The notes below the pieces were generated by a model. That model had not been told where the DNA came from. It saw nothing but the letters and a program-made list of their open reading frames with translations, and searched no databases. A DNA stretch of 64,000 bases from Azolla caroliniana (taxonomy: Eukaryota > Plantae > Polypodiophyta): positions 3,410,001 to 3,474,000 of the forward strand of contig JBHGNT010000018.1 of NCBI GenBank assembly GCA_043228905.1. The letters are read 5' to 3'. The translations under genes and the position numbers were made by a program. Positions 25,071 through 35,900 of this stretch are shown here, one piece after another (within the stretch, counting starts at the first letter, position 1; every line of letters starts with the position of its first letter).

Positions 25071-25802
25071 TGTCGTGAAGAATTTCGGCCAGAGGCGGAA
25101 ACCGGGAAACATTGGCTACATCGGCGGGGTGCAGCGTGTGTACGCACCCATGTACATTTAGTGTGAATAACGAGGGCGCCTTTATGGCGCCGAAGAGTAG
25201 TCAAGTCGGGACAGACGGTCCCATGTAAGTCGGGATTTATCCCACATTGTAACGCATCCTTGTCCTTGTTCTATAAAAGGAAGGGAACGCCCTTTGTGAA
25301 GGGGTTGCCCATTTTGCATTAGAGGGTATACCGTTAGGTTTAGAGTTAGTTTCTTCTTCTTCTTCTTCTTCTTCTCCCCCTTCGTGTTCGCTTAGGGTTT
25401 GCTTCAGCTCATCTCCTGCGCAAGACCCCGCTCGGCGCGACGAGCCCGTGAGCTCCCCGACCGGCGGCTTGGCAGCCGACGACTGTTGTAACCTACCTTG
25501 GTCCGGCTCGACGCCGGGAATGTATTCTTCTTTTATATATATATACATTTGCGTCTGTCTGTGTATATTTGCGTCTCTGTTGGTGTCGGGTGCTCCCCCT
25601 TTCCTGCATTCCCTGTACATAAGGGCGTGAGTCGGTGTTAAGCGCGCGCTCTCTTTCTCTCTCTCTCTCCCTTCTGTTGCTTCTGGTGTGCTTCTGGGAT
25701 GCCCCGGGAACAGCGAAGCACGACTTCCTACGCTCCATCACTCCCTAGTCCAAGGCCCCCGTGGTCCCGCCTTTCTCCACGCACGCGCGTAACAACGCGA
25801 CA
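25071..25802 (+). repeat. 5' LTR (732 bp)
   Basis: TG...CA ends, TATAAAA at 25272, direct repeat of 29394-30187. Confidence 0.95.
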
Positions 25803-25807
25803 TCATT

Positions 25808-25825
25808 TGGTGAACTCGACGTGAA
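25808..25825 (+). other. Primer-binding site complementary to the tRNA-Trp 3' end
   Basis: TGGTGAACTCGACGTGAA versus TGGTGAACCCGACGTGAA expected from plant cytosolic tRNA-Trp as recalled (one G:U position), 5 nt after the LTR. Confidence 0.75.
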
Positions 25826-25840
25826 AGGCGGCAAGGGAGG

Positions 25841-26974
25841 ATGGAGTCGGAAGACGACGACCTTGCGGAGATGGTGGCCGAAGTGGTGTTGGAGTCGGCA
25901 CGAGTGGTGATGAGGCGAGAAGCAGCGCAACAAGCGGTTGAACGAGTGGTCGAAAGAGTCGGCCGTTTCAACGGGGACAAAGTCCCATCTTACTTGGAAG
26001 CCTACAACGCGGAAATGGAGGAGCATGGCGTAGACGAGGAATTGAGGCTGGAGTTCTTCTGTCGGGTCGTGGCTGTCCGGATGCATGCGGAAATAAAGGA
26101 GCTCCGTGAGGCTCATAGTTCGTGGGAGGCCTTCGAAGAGGCGCTCCTGAAGGCATACGGAGGACGGCAGAAGAGTCGGGGACGGCGCGACTTTGACCAG
26201 TGGGTAGCATCGGCAAAGACCCACCGGGGCGCGGCCAAGGCGTTTCGAGAGTTTGAGCGGCGGCTTGCTCGGCTCCCGGAGCGGGAACAAGGTTTGGTGG
26301 GGGCGGACAAGGTCCTATTGTTCGTCAGGTCGATCGACCGAGCAGAACGGGAGGCCATCGGGATTGAGCTCGAAGACGATGATGGAGCGAATGGGCTTAC
26401 GGAGGACTGGTCGAAAGTCGGAAGGGTGTGCCAACGGCTAGACAATGAGCGAGCCGAGAAGGCTAAGAGGAAGGTACACGACGGCGTGCCATCACAGCGG
26501 GAAGAGGCCGAACGGCAAAGAGAGTCGGCAAGGGTCGGCGTTGGGGCCAGGATTGCGGAGGCGTATGCAACTCTCGAGGCGATGCTCGAGGAAGAGGAAA
26601 GACAGAGGCCGCAAGCCGAGACTGAGGAGACGGACTTGCCCCACGCAACGGCGGAAGATCGGTACGGCAGTACCACGGGAGAGGGTGCAGAACGAAACGC
26701 CCTCTCGACTTGCGGAGATAGAACGGCCAAGGACGAGGCCGAGATACAGATCGCGGAACCGGAACGTTGGGACCAGCGGTTTCGGGCGTGTCAGCCCGAA
26801 ACCTCGGTCATTGGAGAAGCGAGCCAAGACGGGGCTTGCGCGATCGGTAAGAAGACGACCGCCGACCATGAAGAGTCGGTGGCTACGGACAAGGGCGTAA
26901 AACAGGCGGGCGATTCTGTGTCTTCCCACACTTACTCCCGAGACGATGGCAGTCGGGCCGGAGTGCCCACGTGA
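25841..26974 (+). CDS. gag: Retrotransposon Gag-like protein (capsid-like N-terminal half, acidic low-complexity tail, no zinc knuckle)
   Basis: 377-aa ORF starting just after the PBS, with GRFNG..V..YL..Y and SWEAFEEALLKAY capsid-type motifs. Confidence 0.75.
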   Translation: MESEDDDLAEMVAEVVLESARVVMRREAAQQAVERVVERVGRFNGDKVPSYLEAYNAEMEEHGVDEELRLEFFCRVVAVRMHAEIKELREAHSSWEAFEEALLKAYGGRQKSRGRRDFDQWVASAKTHRGAAKAFREFERRLARLPEREQGLVGADKVLLFVRSIDRAEREAIGIELEDDDGANGLTEDWSKVGRVCQRLDNERAEKAKRKVHDGVPSQREEAERQRESARVGVGARIAEAYATLEAMLEEEERQRPQAETEETDLPHATAEDRYGSTTGEGAERNALSTCGDRTAKDEAEIQIAEPERWDQRFRACQPETSVIGEASQDGACAIGKKTTADHEESVATDKGVKQAGDSVSSHTYSRDDGSRAGVPT

Positions 26975-29393
26975 GTCCCAAGCGGAGGAAGGCGGCGGCG
27001 AAAGGCAAGGAATCACCGGCGAGACGATACGGGGAAGGAGCGAACGAAAGCCCACGGACCCGATTCCGGAGAACTCGGCATTCGGGCCCGTATGCCCACG
27101 GAAGACCGAGGAGATGGATGGCGGTAACGAGGAGTCCTGGCACGACGTCAGCGAAGACGGATGGGAAACGGCCTGTGAGGAGGCCGAGGACGGACGCGGC
27201 ACGAGGAGATCGGCATTCCGATACGGTTGGAGCGTGATCCGGTTGTGGATTGTTCGATCGAGGCCGGATTCGGCATGAAGGTGCCGATACGGGAGATGGT
27301 GCGGGACGAGCCACCCTCTTTTACATGGGGAGAAAGACCGACCGGGCGAAGGTCGAGAGTAGGAAGGAGAATGAAAGCCGGTCCTATGGAGTTCCTTACA
27401 CCGATCTGGCTGCCGACCCGAGTGCCGGCGTAAGTCCTATAGGAGAGATCGGTGGCGACAGGAGAACGGGACCCGGCAATTCGAAGAAGGACGAACGGAC
27501 CCAGACGAGAACCGGGCGGAGCGGACTCCCGGATGACCATTCCGGGAGGGAGGAAGAGAGCAGGCCTACGAAGAGGCCGAGGAGACGGTACGTCGGTACC
27601 ACGGGAGAGGGTGCGGAGAAAAACGCCCTCTTGGCATGCGGAAAAGGACGACCCGGGACAGGGTCGGGAAGACAAATCGGCGGTCTACGGAGGATCCTTC
27701 ACACCGGTTCTAGAGACTTCGGCAGTCGGCAATGCGGCCGACGTAAGACCAAGATACTGACGGTGGTGGCGAGGTGACGAAGGCAAGGGCTACGGATGGG
27801 CGGTCCCACGAAGATCCTCACACCGATCCGGCGGTCGGCCCGAGAGCCGGCGTGAGTCCTATAGGGAAGATCGGTGGAGGCAGGAGAACGTGATCGGACG
27901 ACAGGAAGCGACGAACGGCAAGGAGGTATCAGGCCAGCGAGGTGGCCACGAACCAAATCGGACCTTCCGGCAAGGTCAGTGGACATAAGGAAGTCCGGTC
28001 CTATGGGATCCCCACACCGAACCGGAGACCCCGGCTGTTCGGCCAACGTGGCAACATAAGTCTGAGGGAGAAGGAAGGTGGCGGCGGGAAATGGGACCCG
28101 ACTACGCGGAAGACACGAGGAGAGTCCGAGAGGGACTCAAACAAAAGACACCCGAATTTCGGCAAGCATAGAAATGGAGTCCGGTCCTATGGGACCCTCA
28201 CACCGATCTGGAGACTCCGGAAGTTCGGCCAACGTGGCAACGTGAGACCTAGGGAGAAGGACAGTGGCGGCAGGGAACGGGACCCGACGACACGAGGTTT
28301 CGGAAGGAGCCGGTAGGGGCAAACACGGGGAGGTGTGTCAGGCCGGAAAGGCACACTTGGGACAAAACAAGAGTCTCGCAAGTGGCCATCGCGGGCCGGA
28401 TCAAAGCGTGACTACGGGACAGTGTTCGGCACGGGTGGTGCCGAACAAAGGAAGCGAAAGACGGCACAAGGGAGGTGTCGGGAATGAGGTGACAAGTGCC
28501 TAGCGGACTGCACAGGGTCGGAGTCATGGGATGGCAACAGAGGCCGGAGGAGGATCCTCCACACTCGCTTCGTAGATCCCGGTAGCTCCGTCGAAGTAGC
28601 GGAGACTGACACGGCAAGCCGGGATGACAAGCTGGTGGGGGTGAGGGGACGACGGAAAACGGAAGACTCAGGACCTGTTGCAGCAGCACGAAGACGAGAA
28701 GGGCCAAGCGGGCTACTACGGGGTGTTCCTCGAATGCGAAGGACACTAGTATGCGGGTGAGCGGCGATGCACGATCTGGCCGGGAAAGGGGCCGACAAGG
28801 CGTGCAATGAACCGGAGTACGGCACAGGCAGTGTCGAACAACGGACGAGGGTATGTGGCGCACGGAGGTGCTGGAACGGAAAGGCGAGCGCGGAGATAGG
28901 TTGCTCGGTTCGGAGGTAGCGCATAGAAGGCCAGAGAGGGATCCTCCACACTATTCCAGAGACCGTGGCGGTTCGGGCCGACGCGGCGATGTAAGACCAT
29001 GGAGAAGGAAGGTGGCGGCGAGAGGACAAAGGCAGCGCGAAACAACATGGGACGACAATCAGGACATCACGAATGGTCAACGGAGGCCAAGCGGGCCACT
29101 ACGGCATGCCTCAAGCGGAGGACATCGGGCATACGGCAGGAAGCGGGGCGTTCATACGGCCGAACAAGGGCCAACGGAAGTACGCGTACTACGGAGATCG
29201 CGGCAGAGGACCCATCGACGGGTCAAACGAGCCTACGGGGAGGTAAGCGCGAAGGAAGAATCGAAGCCGACAGATCAAACCGGCAGCGAGCCGGGATGCG
29301 GGTCACGGAAGACCGGTTTCTCACCGGCCGAAATCTCTCACCCTTCACCGGACTTGGCACATACCGGTGGATGTGCGGTTAGGTGGGGGCGGA

Positions 29394-29855
29394 TGTCGTG
29401 AAGAATTTCGGCCAGAGGCGGAAACCGGGAAACATTGGCTACATCGGCGGGGTGCAGCGTGTGTACGCACCCATGTACATTTAGTGTGAATAACGAGGGC
29501 GCCTTTATGGCGCCGAAGAGTAGTCAAGTCGGGACAGACGGTCCCATGTAAGTCGGGATTTATCCCACATTGTAACGCATCCTTGTCCTTGTTCTATAAA
29601 AGGAAGGGAACGCCCTTTGTGAAGGGGTTGCCCATTTTGCATTAGAGGGTATACCGTTAGGTTTAGAGTTAGTTTCTTCTTCTTCTTCTTCTTCTTCTCC
29701 CCCTTCGTGTTCGCTTAGGGTTTGCTTCAGCTCATCTCCTGCGCAAGACCCCGCTCGGCGCGACGAGCCCGTGAGCTCCCCGACCGGCGGCTTGGCAGCC
29801 GACGACTGCTGTAACCTACCTTGGTCCGACTCGACGCCGGAATGTATTCTTCTTT

Positions 29856-29890
<35 letters not shown>

Positions 29891-30187
29891 GTTTGCATCT
29901 GTCTGTGTATATTCGCGTCTCTGTTGGTGTCGGGTGCTCCCCCTTTCCTGCGTTCCCTGTACATAAGGGCATGAGTCGGGTTGGGCTGTGTGTGCGTGTG
30001 TGTGCATGTAAGTGCGTGAGTCGGTGTTAAGCGCGCGCTCTCTCTCTCTCTCTCCCTTCGGTTGCTTCCGGTGTGCTTCTGGGATGCCCCGAGAACAACG
30101 AAGCACGACTTCCTACGCTCCATCACTCCCTAGTCCAAGGCCCCCGTGGTCCCGCCTTTCTCCACGCACGTGCGTAACAACACGACA
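29394..30187 (+). repeat. 3' LTR (794 bp)
   Basis: Follows the PPT, has TG...CA ends and is followed by the TSD ACGT. Confidence 0.95.
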
Positions 30188-31619
30188 ACGTGATTGCGTG
30201 GTCATATTGCTAGCTATGCTCAACAAGGACAATGACATGAAGCCTTGAAGTGTCTCAAACACATGGAAAGTGAGGGCATATCACCTGACAACATAACGTT
30301 ATTATGTGTGCTGAGTGCAAGTGCCCACTCTGGGCTCGTAAATGATGCCAAAATGTTTTTTGAGATTATGACTACAAAATATTGTATTTCTCCAAACTTA
30401 GAGCATCTTAACTGCATGGTTGTTGTATTTGGATGTGGGGAGCAATTTGATAAGGCTATTACAATGATCAAGGCAATGCCATTTTTTGAGTATTCAGCCA
30501 TAGGGATTTCACTATTGGGTGCTTACAAGAAATGGGGAAATGTGAAGCTTGGGAGATTGTTTTTTGATCAAGGCATACAACTAGATAATAATGGTGCGGC
30601 GGCATATGTTTGCATGGCTGATATATTTGGAAGTGTTGGTATGTTAGAGGATGAAATCAAAATCAAAATCAAAAACACGATCAGAATAAAACATGATTCT
30701 TAGAAAAAGCAAGAGTATGAACATGCCATGGATGTCTACGTCAATGAGCATACTATGGATGTCTATATTGGTCATGGATGAGTTGATAGATCTGTTGGGT
30801 TTTAACAACTCATAAACATGAACATACCATTAATATCTATATCAATGAGCATGTCATGGATGCATTTACTGATGAGATTAACATGGATTTCTATATCGAT
30901 GGCGGTTCTATATAAGGGAACCTGAATCTGCAACCTATGAACATGAATATATCATGGATATTGATGAACATGCAATGAAATTTCTGCCCATAGTGCATAG
31001 ATCTAGGGGAACTTGAGTTCACAAATCAAGGGTCATGAACCCAAGCTCAGGGCTTGGAGAAAGCAAGGAATATTGAACATCAATGTACAAAAAACTATGT
31101 GTGGTTATTGTAGATACACATCAAATCGGCCATGATGAGAGTACAAGGGAATTGGTTGGTATATACAACACAACTTTTGTACTTCTTATGATTTTATAAT
31201 ACCAAGGTGTATCTTTTTGTCAAAAAAGAAAAAGAAGGGGAAATTACATGAGAAAACCAATGAAGGGGTTCAAAGTCTTCTCACATGGCTTCACATCCTC
31301 CCTAGTTTAGGACACTGCGGTCTCACTAGAGTAGCACACGCACCATCACAACAACATAATGCACATTCACAAGTGTTGTTGCACAACTTGAAGAAGAGAG
31401 AGATGATCAATAGCACAATCATATGTTAACATACTCGCTCAACTCCAACAAACCTTCATTAGCAATGTCACCATATCCATCTTCTTAAGTTTAGGACCCC
31501 AATGGTTCCAGACACATCTTTCATCTTGTTCTCGTGGATTCTTGTGGACATTGTTTGCAATCATAACAAATTCTCCTCTCCTTTATTGTTGACTTCTAAG
31601 TAGAGCATCTTTGTGACAA

Positions 31620-32980
31620 TAAATGACAGTGAAAATCTTGGAATATGTTTGTCGACTTGTGGACGATTAGTTGACTCTAGAGCGGTTATTTGCAAAGAGT
31701 AAATATTCGAAGACACTAAATAATGAAGTTCTTAGCACGCTCATTGAGAATTTAGGATCTTGTCTACCTGAAATTCCTCCTCATCTTCAAGTTCTACCCA
31801 AGGCGTGCAATGAATTGGCATTTGGAAAGAGAATATGAGTGGTAAGGCTCCTAGAGTATTGTATGAAATACACCATGGATCCATAAGTGTGATGGAAGAC
31901 TACTAGATTTATTTGTGCAACAATACTGAAAGGATTGAATATTTTATAGAACAATTTCCCTTAAAAATAGGTTGTTGTGATATTGCAACTTGAGAGCCAA
32001 ATTTGTTGTTGACTTTAATACCAAGCACCTTGGCCTACCAATGATTGCTTGTTCGTTATGTTTATCTCGTGGAAAGGAGAGTTTGGCATTTCTATCATGG
32101 CGATATTTTTGTGTCTCCGATTTCTCGTGTTGAGAGCCCAATAGGAAGGAGATTTTAAAGTTGTCATCAACTAAGAAATTGGACCAATGCGCTTCAGTGG
32201 TTCAAGGTGTGAGAGGTTGTGAAGTAGGTGAGATTCAATTATTTGTGAGCACTTGAATATAATGTTGAGCATTAACTAAGTAGGGTCTTCATTCCTCAAA
32301 TGCAAAGATAATCTCATCAAACTCCTTGTCATATATTAGATAAGTTGAAAATGAATAAGTTATGGTTGTTTGACTAGCATACGATGAAACCTAGAGGCAA
32401 GTTAGAAAGATTGATTTCCATGATGAATTTTTGTTAAATCAAAATGCATGAGAATAGGATCCACAATTAATGCTTTGTTTAAGGTGACAAATATTGTCTT
32501 CGCATCTTGACTCCACCGTAAGAGTTGACATTTTATGAGTGAGAGTGATTAACCTATTGGTAATTGTGGAGAACAAGTAGATGAACCACTAATAGAAATT
32601 TGCAAATTCCAAAAACTATTTGGTAGCTTTCACACAAGTTGAAGTTTCCCAATCATTCATGGTAGTTACTCTTAATAAATCTTTGGTGATATCCTCGATC
32701 AAAATGGCATAGTCAAGGAACTTGACTTATTTGCAATCTAATTCACATTTCTCAAATTTGGCGAAATGTTTGTGATGACAAAACTTAGGCAGGCATGCTT
32801 ATTGCATTTCATTTGATATTTGGAGAATATCAATATGCTATCAAGATACACGATGATGAATCAATCCAAAAAACATACTCATTAATTAATTAATGTTCAA
32901 AGAATGTCGAGGATTTATGAGGTGGAATGACATCACTATGTACTTGAAATGACCATATTCAGTTCAGAAAGCACCTTTAT
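31620..32980 (-). mobile_element. Highly decayed Ty3/gypsy chromovirus pol fragment (RT, deleted RNaseH/integrase, chromodomain)
   Basis: Minus-strand remnants: GHFKYIVMSF (~32955), FIIVYLDSILIFSK (YLDD motif, ~32820-32860), FAKFEKCE, FLEFANFY, LPSHLWIHGVFH (~31880), VELEDEEEFQVDKILNS..LHYLV (~31720-31800). Confidence 0.7.
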
Positions 32981-35900
32981 CAAGCAAGATTGCATAAAAC
33001 TTTTAGACACGACCATCCAAAATTTCAGATAAGATCATCTAGATAGAGATCAAGTAGGTAAGAAAATAAAGAGTTGGCCAGTCAATGCATAATTCTTTAA
33101 TGTTTTTTAACTTCCGTATACCTTTGATTAATAAGAAGAGAAGTATTAAACTTAGAAAAAATTTGAAAATAACAAAGCAAGTGATTAGGTAATGATCATT
33201 AGATTAGGATAATAAGGTGATTATAAGAAAGAATCACTAGGAAAATAAAAAGATTAACAAGGAAAAAAAACAAAAACACATCTATCATTACAGGAACCTA
33301 AACTCCTTAAGTTAACCACCCCTTTCAAATATTGTCGGGACACCCTAAATATCCTCTTTGTTCTCTTGCTTCCTCAATTTTTTTGAATAATGTTTGCCTT
33401 AGGAGCTTATAAAAAGCTCACAGTAGTTTCAATTAATAATCGTAATCTCCAACAACAATGCGAAATTAGATGTGTTGTTTCAAGGTGTGTCACATCAAGC
33501 ACGCATCTTCTTCTCCATAGGTGTTCTATCTCACTTTTGAAGTCATGTGCCAAGGCCTAACCATCATATGCGCTTTTCAGTGGTGAAATGGTTGAGAGCG
33601 GTCGTCAAGCACCAATGAGCTAGTAACACATCAATTATGTTTTACATAAACTCTTTCTGTCCTTTAGTAAATAGCTATATTGAGGAATAATCTAACTAGT
33701 GCCTCAATGGGGCTTGAGTCTTTAACCTATTAATTAATTACATGTAAAAGCATATACAAATAGGAAAATCATGCTACAATTAGTGAATATGCATGACAAA
33801 ACACATACAAGTACTAATCTCATGAAAAGTGATAGAAAAAAGAAAGCAAGAAGAGATCTAGTCTAAATCTCAAGGTTCAAGGAGAATAACTAAGAAGTCA
33901 AGGTAATACAAATATGAGACGGCGGTTGCGACGACATCAAGAAGGGGTTCTGGTGAACTTCCCTTCACTATTCATTTGGTTGCAGATCTAGTCGTCAACA
34001 TAACCTTGCCAGAGGAGGTGCAAAAGGAGGTGCAAGCCGAAATAAACAACTTGCATCAACTACCGATGGTGGTCCATGTAATCAGAGGCCGACCTAGTCA
34101 TGGGAAGTTGCGTCACTTGATGCAAGCGCGATTCCAAGAAGAGCTCCATCAAATTGTGGATATTCAGTTCCTAGGTAAAGGTTGCTATCATGTCGAGTTT
34201 ATGGTTGTTGATATGGTGATGAAGCTGCTACAATTGGGATCTAGAAGGATCAATGGCATTATGTTGCATTTCTTGCAATGGGAGCATGGGTTCAACCTAA
34301 ATGCGGTTAGTGAACAATTATCTCATTACTTTGTCTTTTCAATCATGTTTCCGACTTTACCGAAAGAGTGGAAACCAGTGACGCCATATATGGCATCCAC
34401 AATTGCTCAATAGATGGATGAAGAATATGATGTAGTGTGTTATGTGGCTGGGAATTTCAACCTACCATATATATGTTTAATTGGTAAATAGGGCATGACA
34501 TTGCCTTCATATGTTAGGCTATCCACTATGTTTCAAGCCCCAACGAGGGTACAACAAGTTAAATATTCTAGACTTCCTAATCAATGTTTCGCTTGTAATC
34601 GTATTGGACATGTGGTCAAGGATTGTCCCATTCGAGATGAACAAACTCTTCAAAAACCTTGTTCTAGCAATACTAATGATGAAAGTTGGATAGGCGGTTG
34701 AAGGAACCATGATAGGAAATCCTCAGTGAGGACATCTAATGGTGTAGGGGTAACATCTAGCAAAATATCACATGCTACTCATGATAGTTCACAAGTTCAC
34801 AAAACAAATTTACAAATAATTCCTTTTAATACTAATGATATATAACTTGATAGATATGAAGATTACGATAGATATGGTGTTTTTACAAGAACATCATTTG
34901 AGTCCATCAAGGGTAGATTCATATGGATCCTTATTCAATGGTTCTTGGGCCCATTTTTGGAGTTCCGTAATTGGTGAATCGTACAATAAAGCTAGTGTTT
35001 GTATATCATTAGCCCAAAATGGTCCTCTCATGTGATTGACTATAGGATTTTAGTGGAAGGAAGAGTGCAAGTTATTATTGTAGAAATCCAAAATCCACAA
35101 TTGGGTTTTATAAAATGTATATGCTCATAATGCATCACCAGATAGGAGGAGGTTGTGGTCTTATCTGTGTGATACTTTGCCAAATGTGGATAATTGGTGT
35201 ATGATCAGAGATTTTAATATGGTTGAGGATAAGTTGGATAGAAGCGGAGGTAAAGTTGTTTTATATGGTTCAGAATTAAGCTTTTGGGAGAGGTTGTGCT
35301 TTAAGTATGGTTTTCAAGATACTTGGTACTCTTCTTCCTTTAGCAAATATGTTGGAATCCTTGCAATTCTCTACATCAAATAGATGGTGGTTGGGTACTA
35401 ATCTAGCTCGATTAGACAAATTCTATGCTAATGACTTCTTTCTAACGTTAGGAGGTTCATTACAAATATTAGCTAGGACAATTGTCTCATATCATTCACC
35501 TCTTATTGTTACGTTGAAAAAAGGGAGAAATGGAAGGGGCCCTTTAGGAAACTTATACCTTCCTCTTTGTATGTTGATGTTTTCATTAGAAGAGATGTTT
35601 TAGCAATTTAGAAGGATACATGTGTATCACAATTAATGGGGTGTAATAGATTTGCGGATGCAATTGCCAATGTTAGTAACTGGTTTTGTAGTAAAGCAAA
35701 GGAGGACCCATGTCAACAAAAAACTAAGATATTGAGTACTAAGCAAGGGATTGTTTCATTGCAACATTTTCAACAATGTATGCCATGGGCGACATGGGTG
35801 ATGTCTAAATTGAATAATACAATGGATAAGCTCTCTAAACTATAAGATGCCTGGGCTTAGTGCACTTATAATTCATTTGTTACAAAATGGGCACAAGTGG

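Larger units (their letters stand above)
25071..30187 (+). mobile_element. Full-length non-autonomous (gag-only) LTR retrotransposon, Ty3/gypsy non-chromovirus-like
   Basis: LTRs 25071-25802 and 29394-30187 with TGTCG...CGACA ends, TSD ACGT (25067-25070 and 30188-30191), PBS 25808-25825, PPT AGGTGGGGGCGGA 29381-29393, gag ORF and no recognisable pol motifs. Confidence 0.95.
24125..30703 (+). pseudogene. PLS-class PPR pseudogene (multiple stops and frameshifts), split by the LTR element at 25071-30187
   Basis: PPR fragments in shifting frames (24185-24388, 24465-24650, 24714-25013, 30245-30703 with S2/E motifs). Removing the element and one ACGT restores VLEELHL-RDV-IAWS. Confidence 0.88.

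Noticed and set aside
26113-29401. Many overlapping 100-240-aa ORFs on both strands inside the LTR element
   Set aside because: Expected from high GC and few stop codons. R/G/P/S-rich with no recognisable domain.
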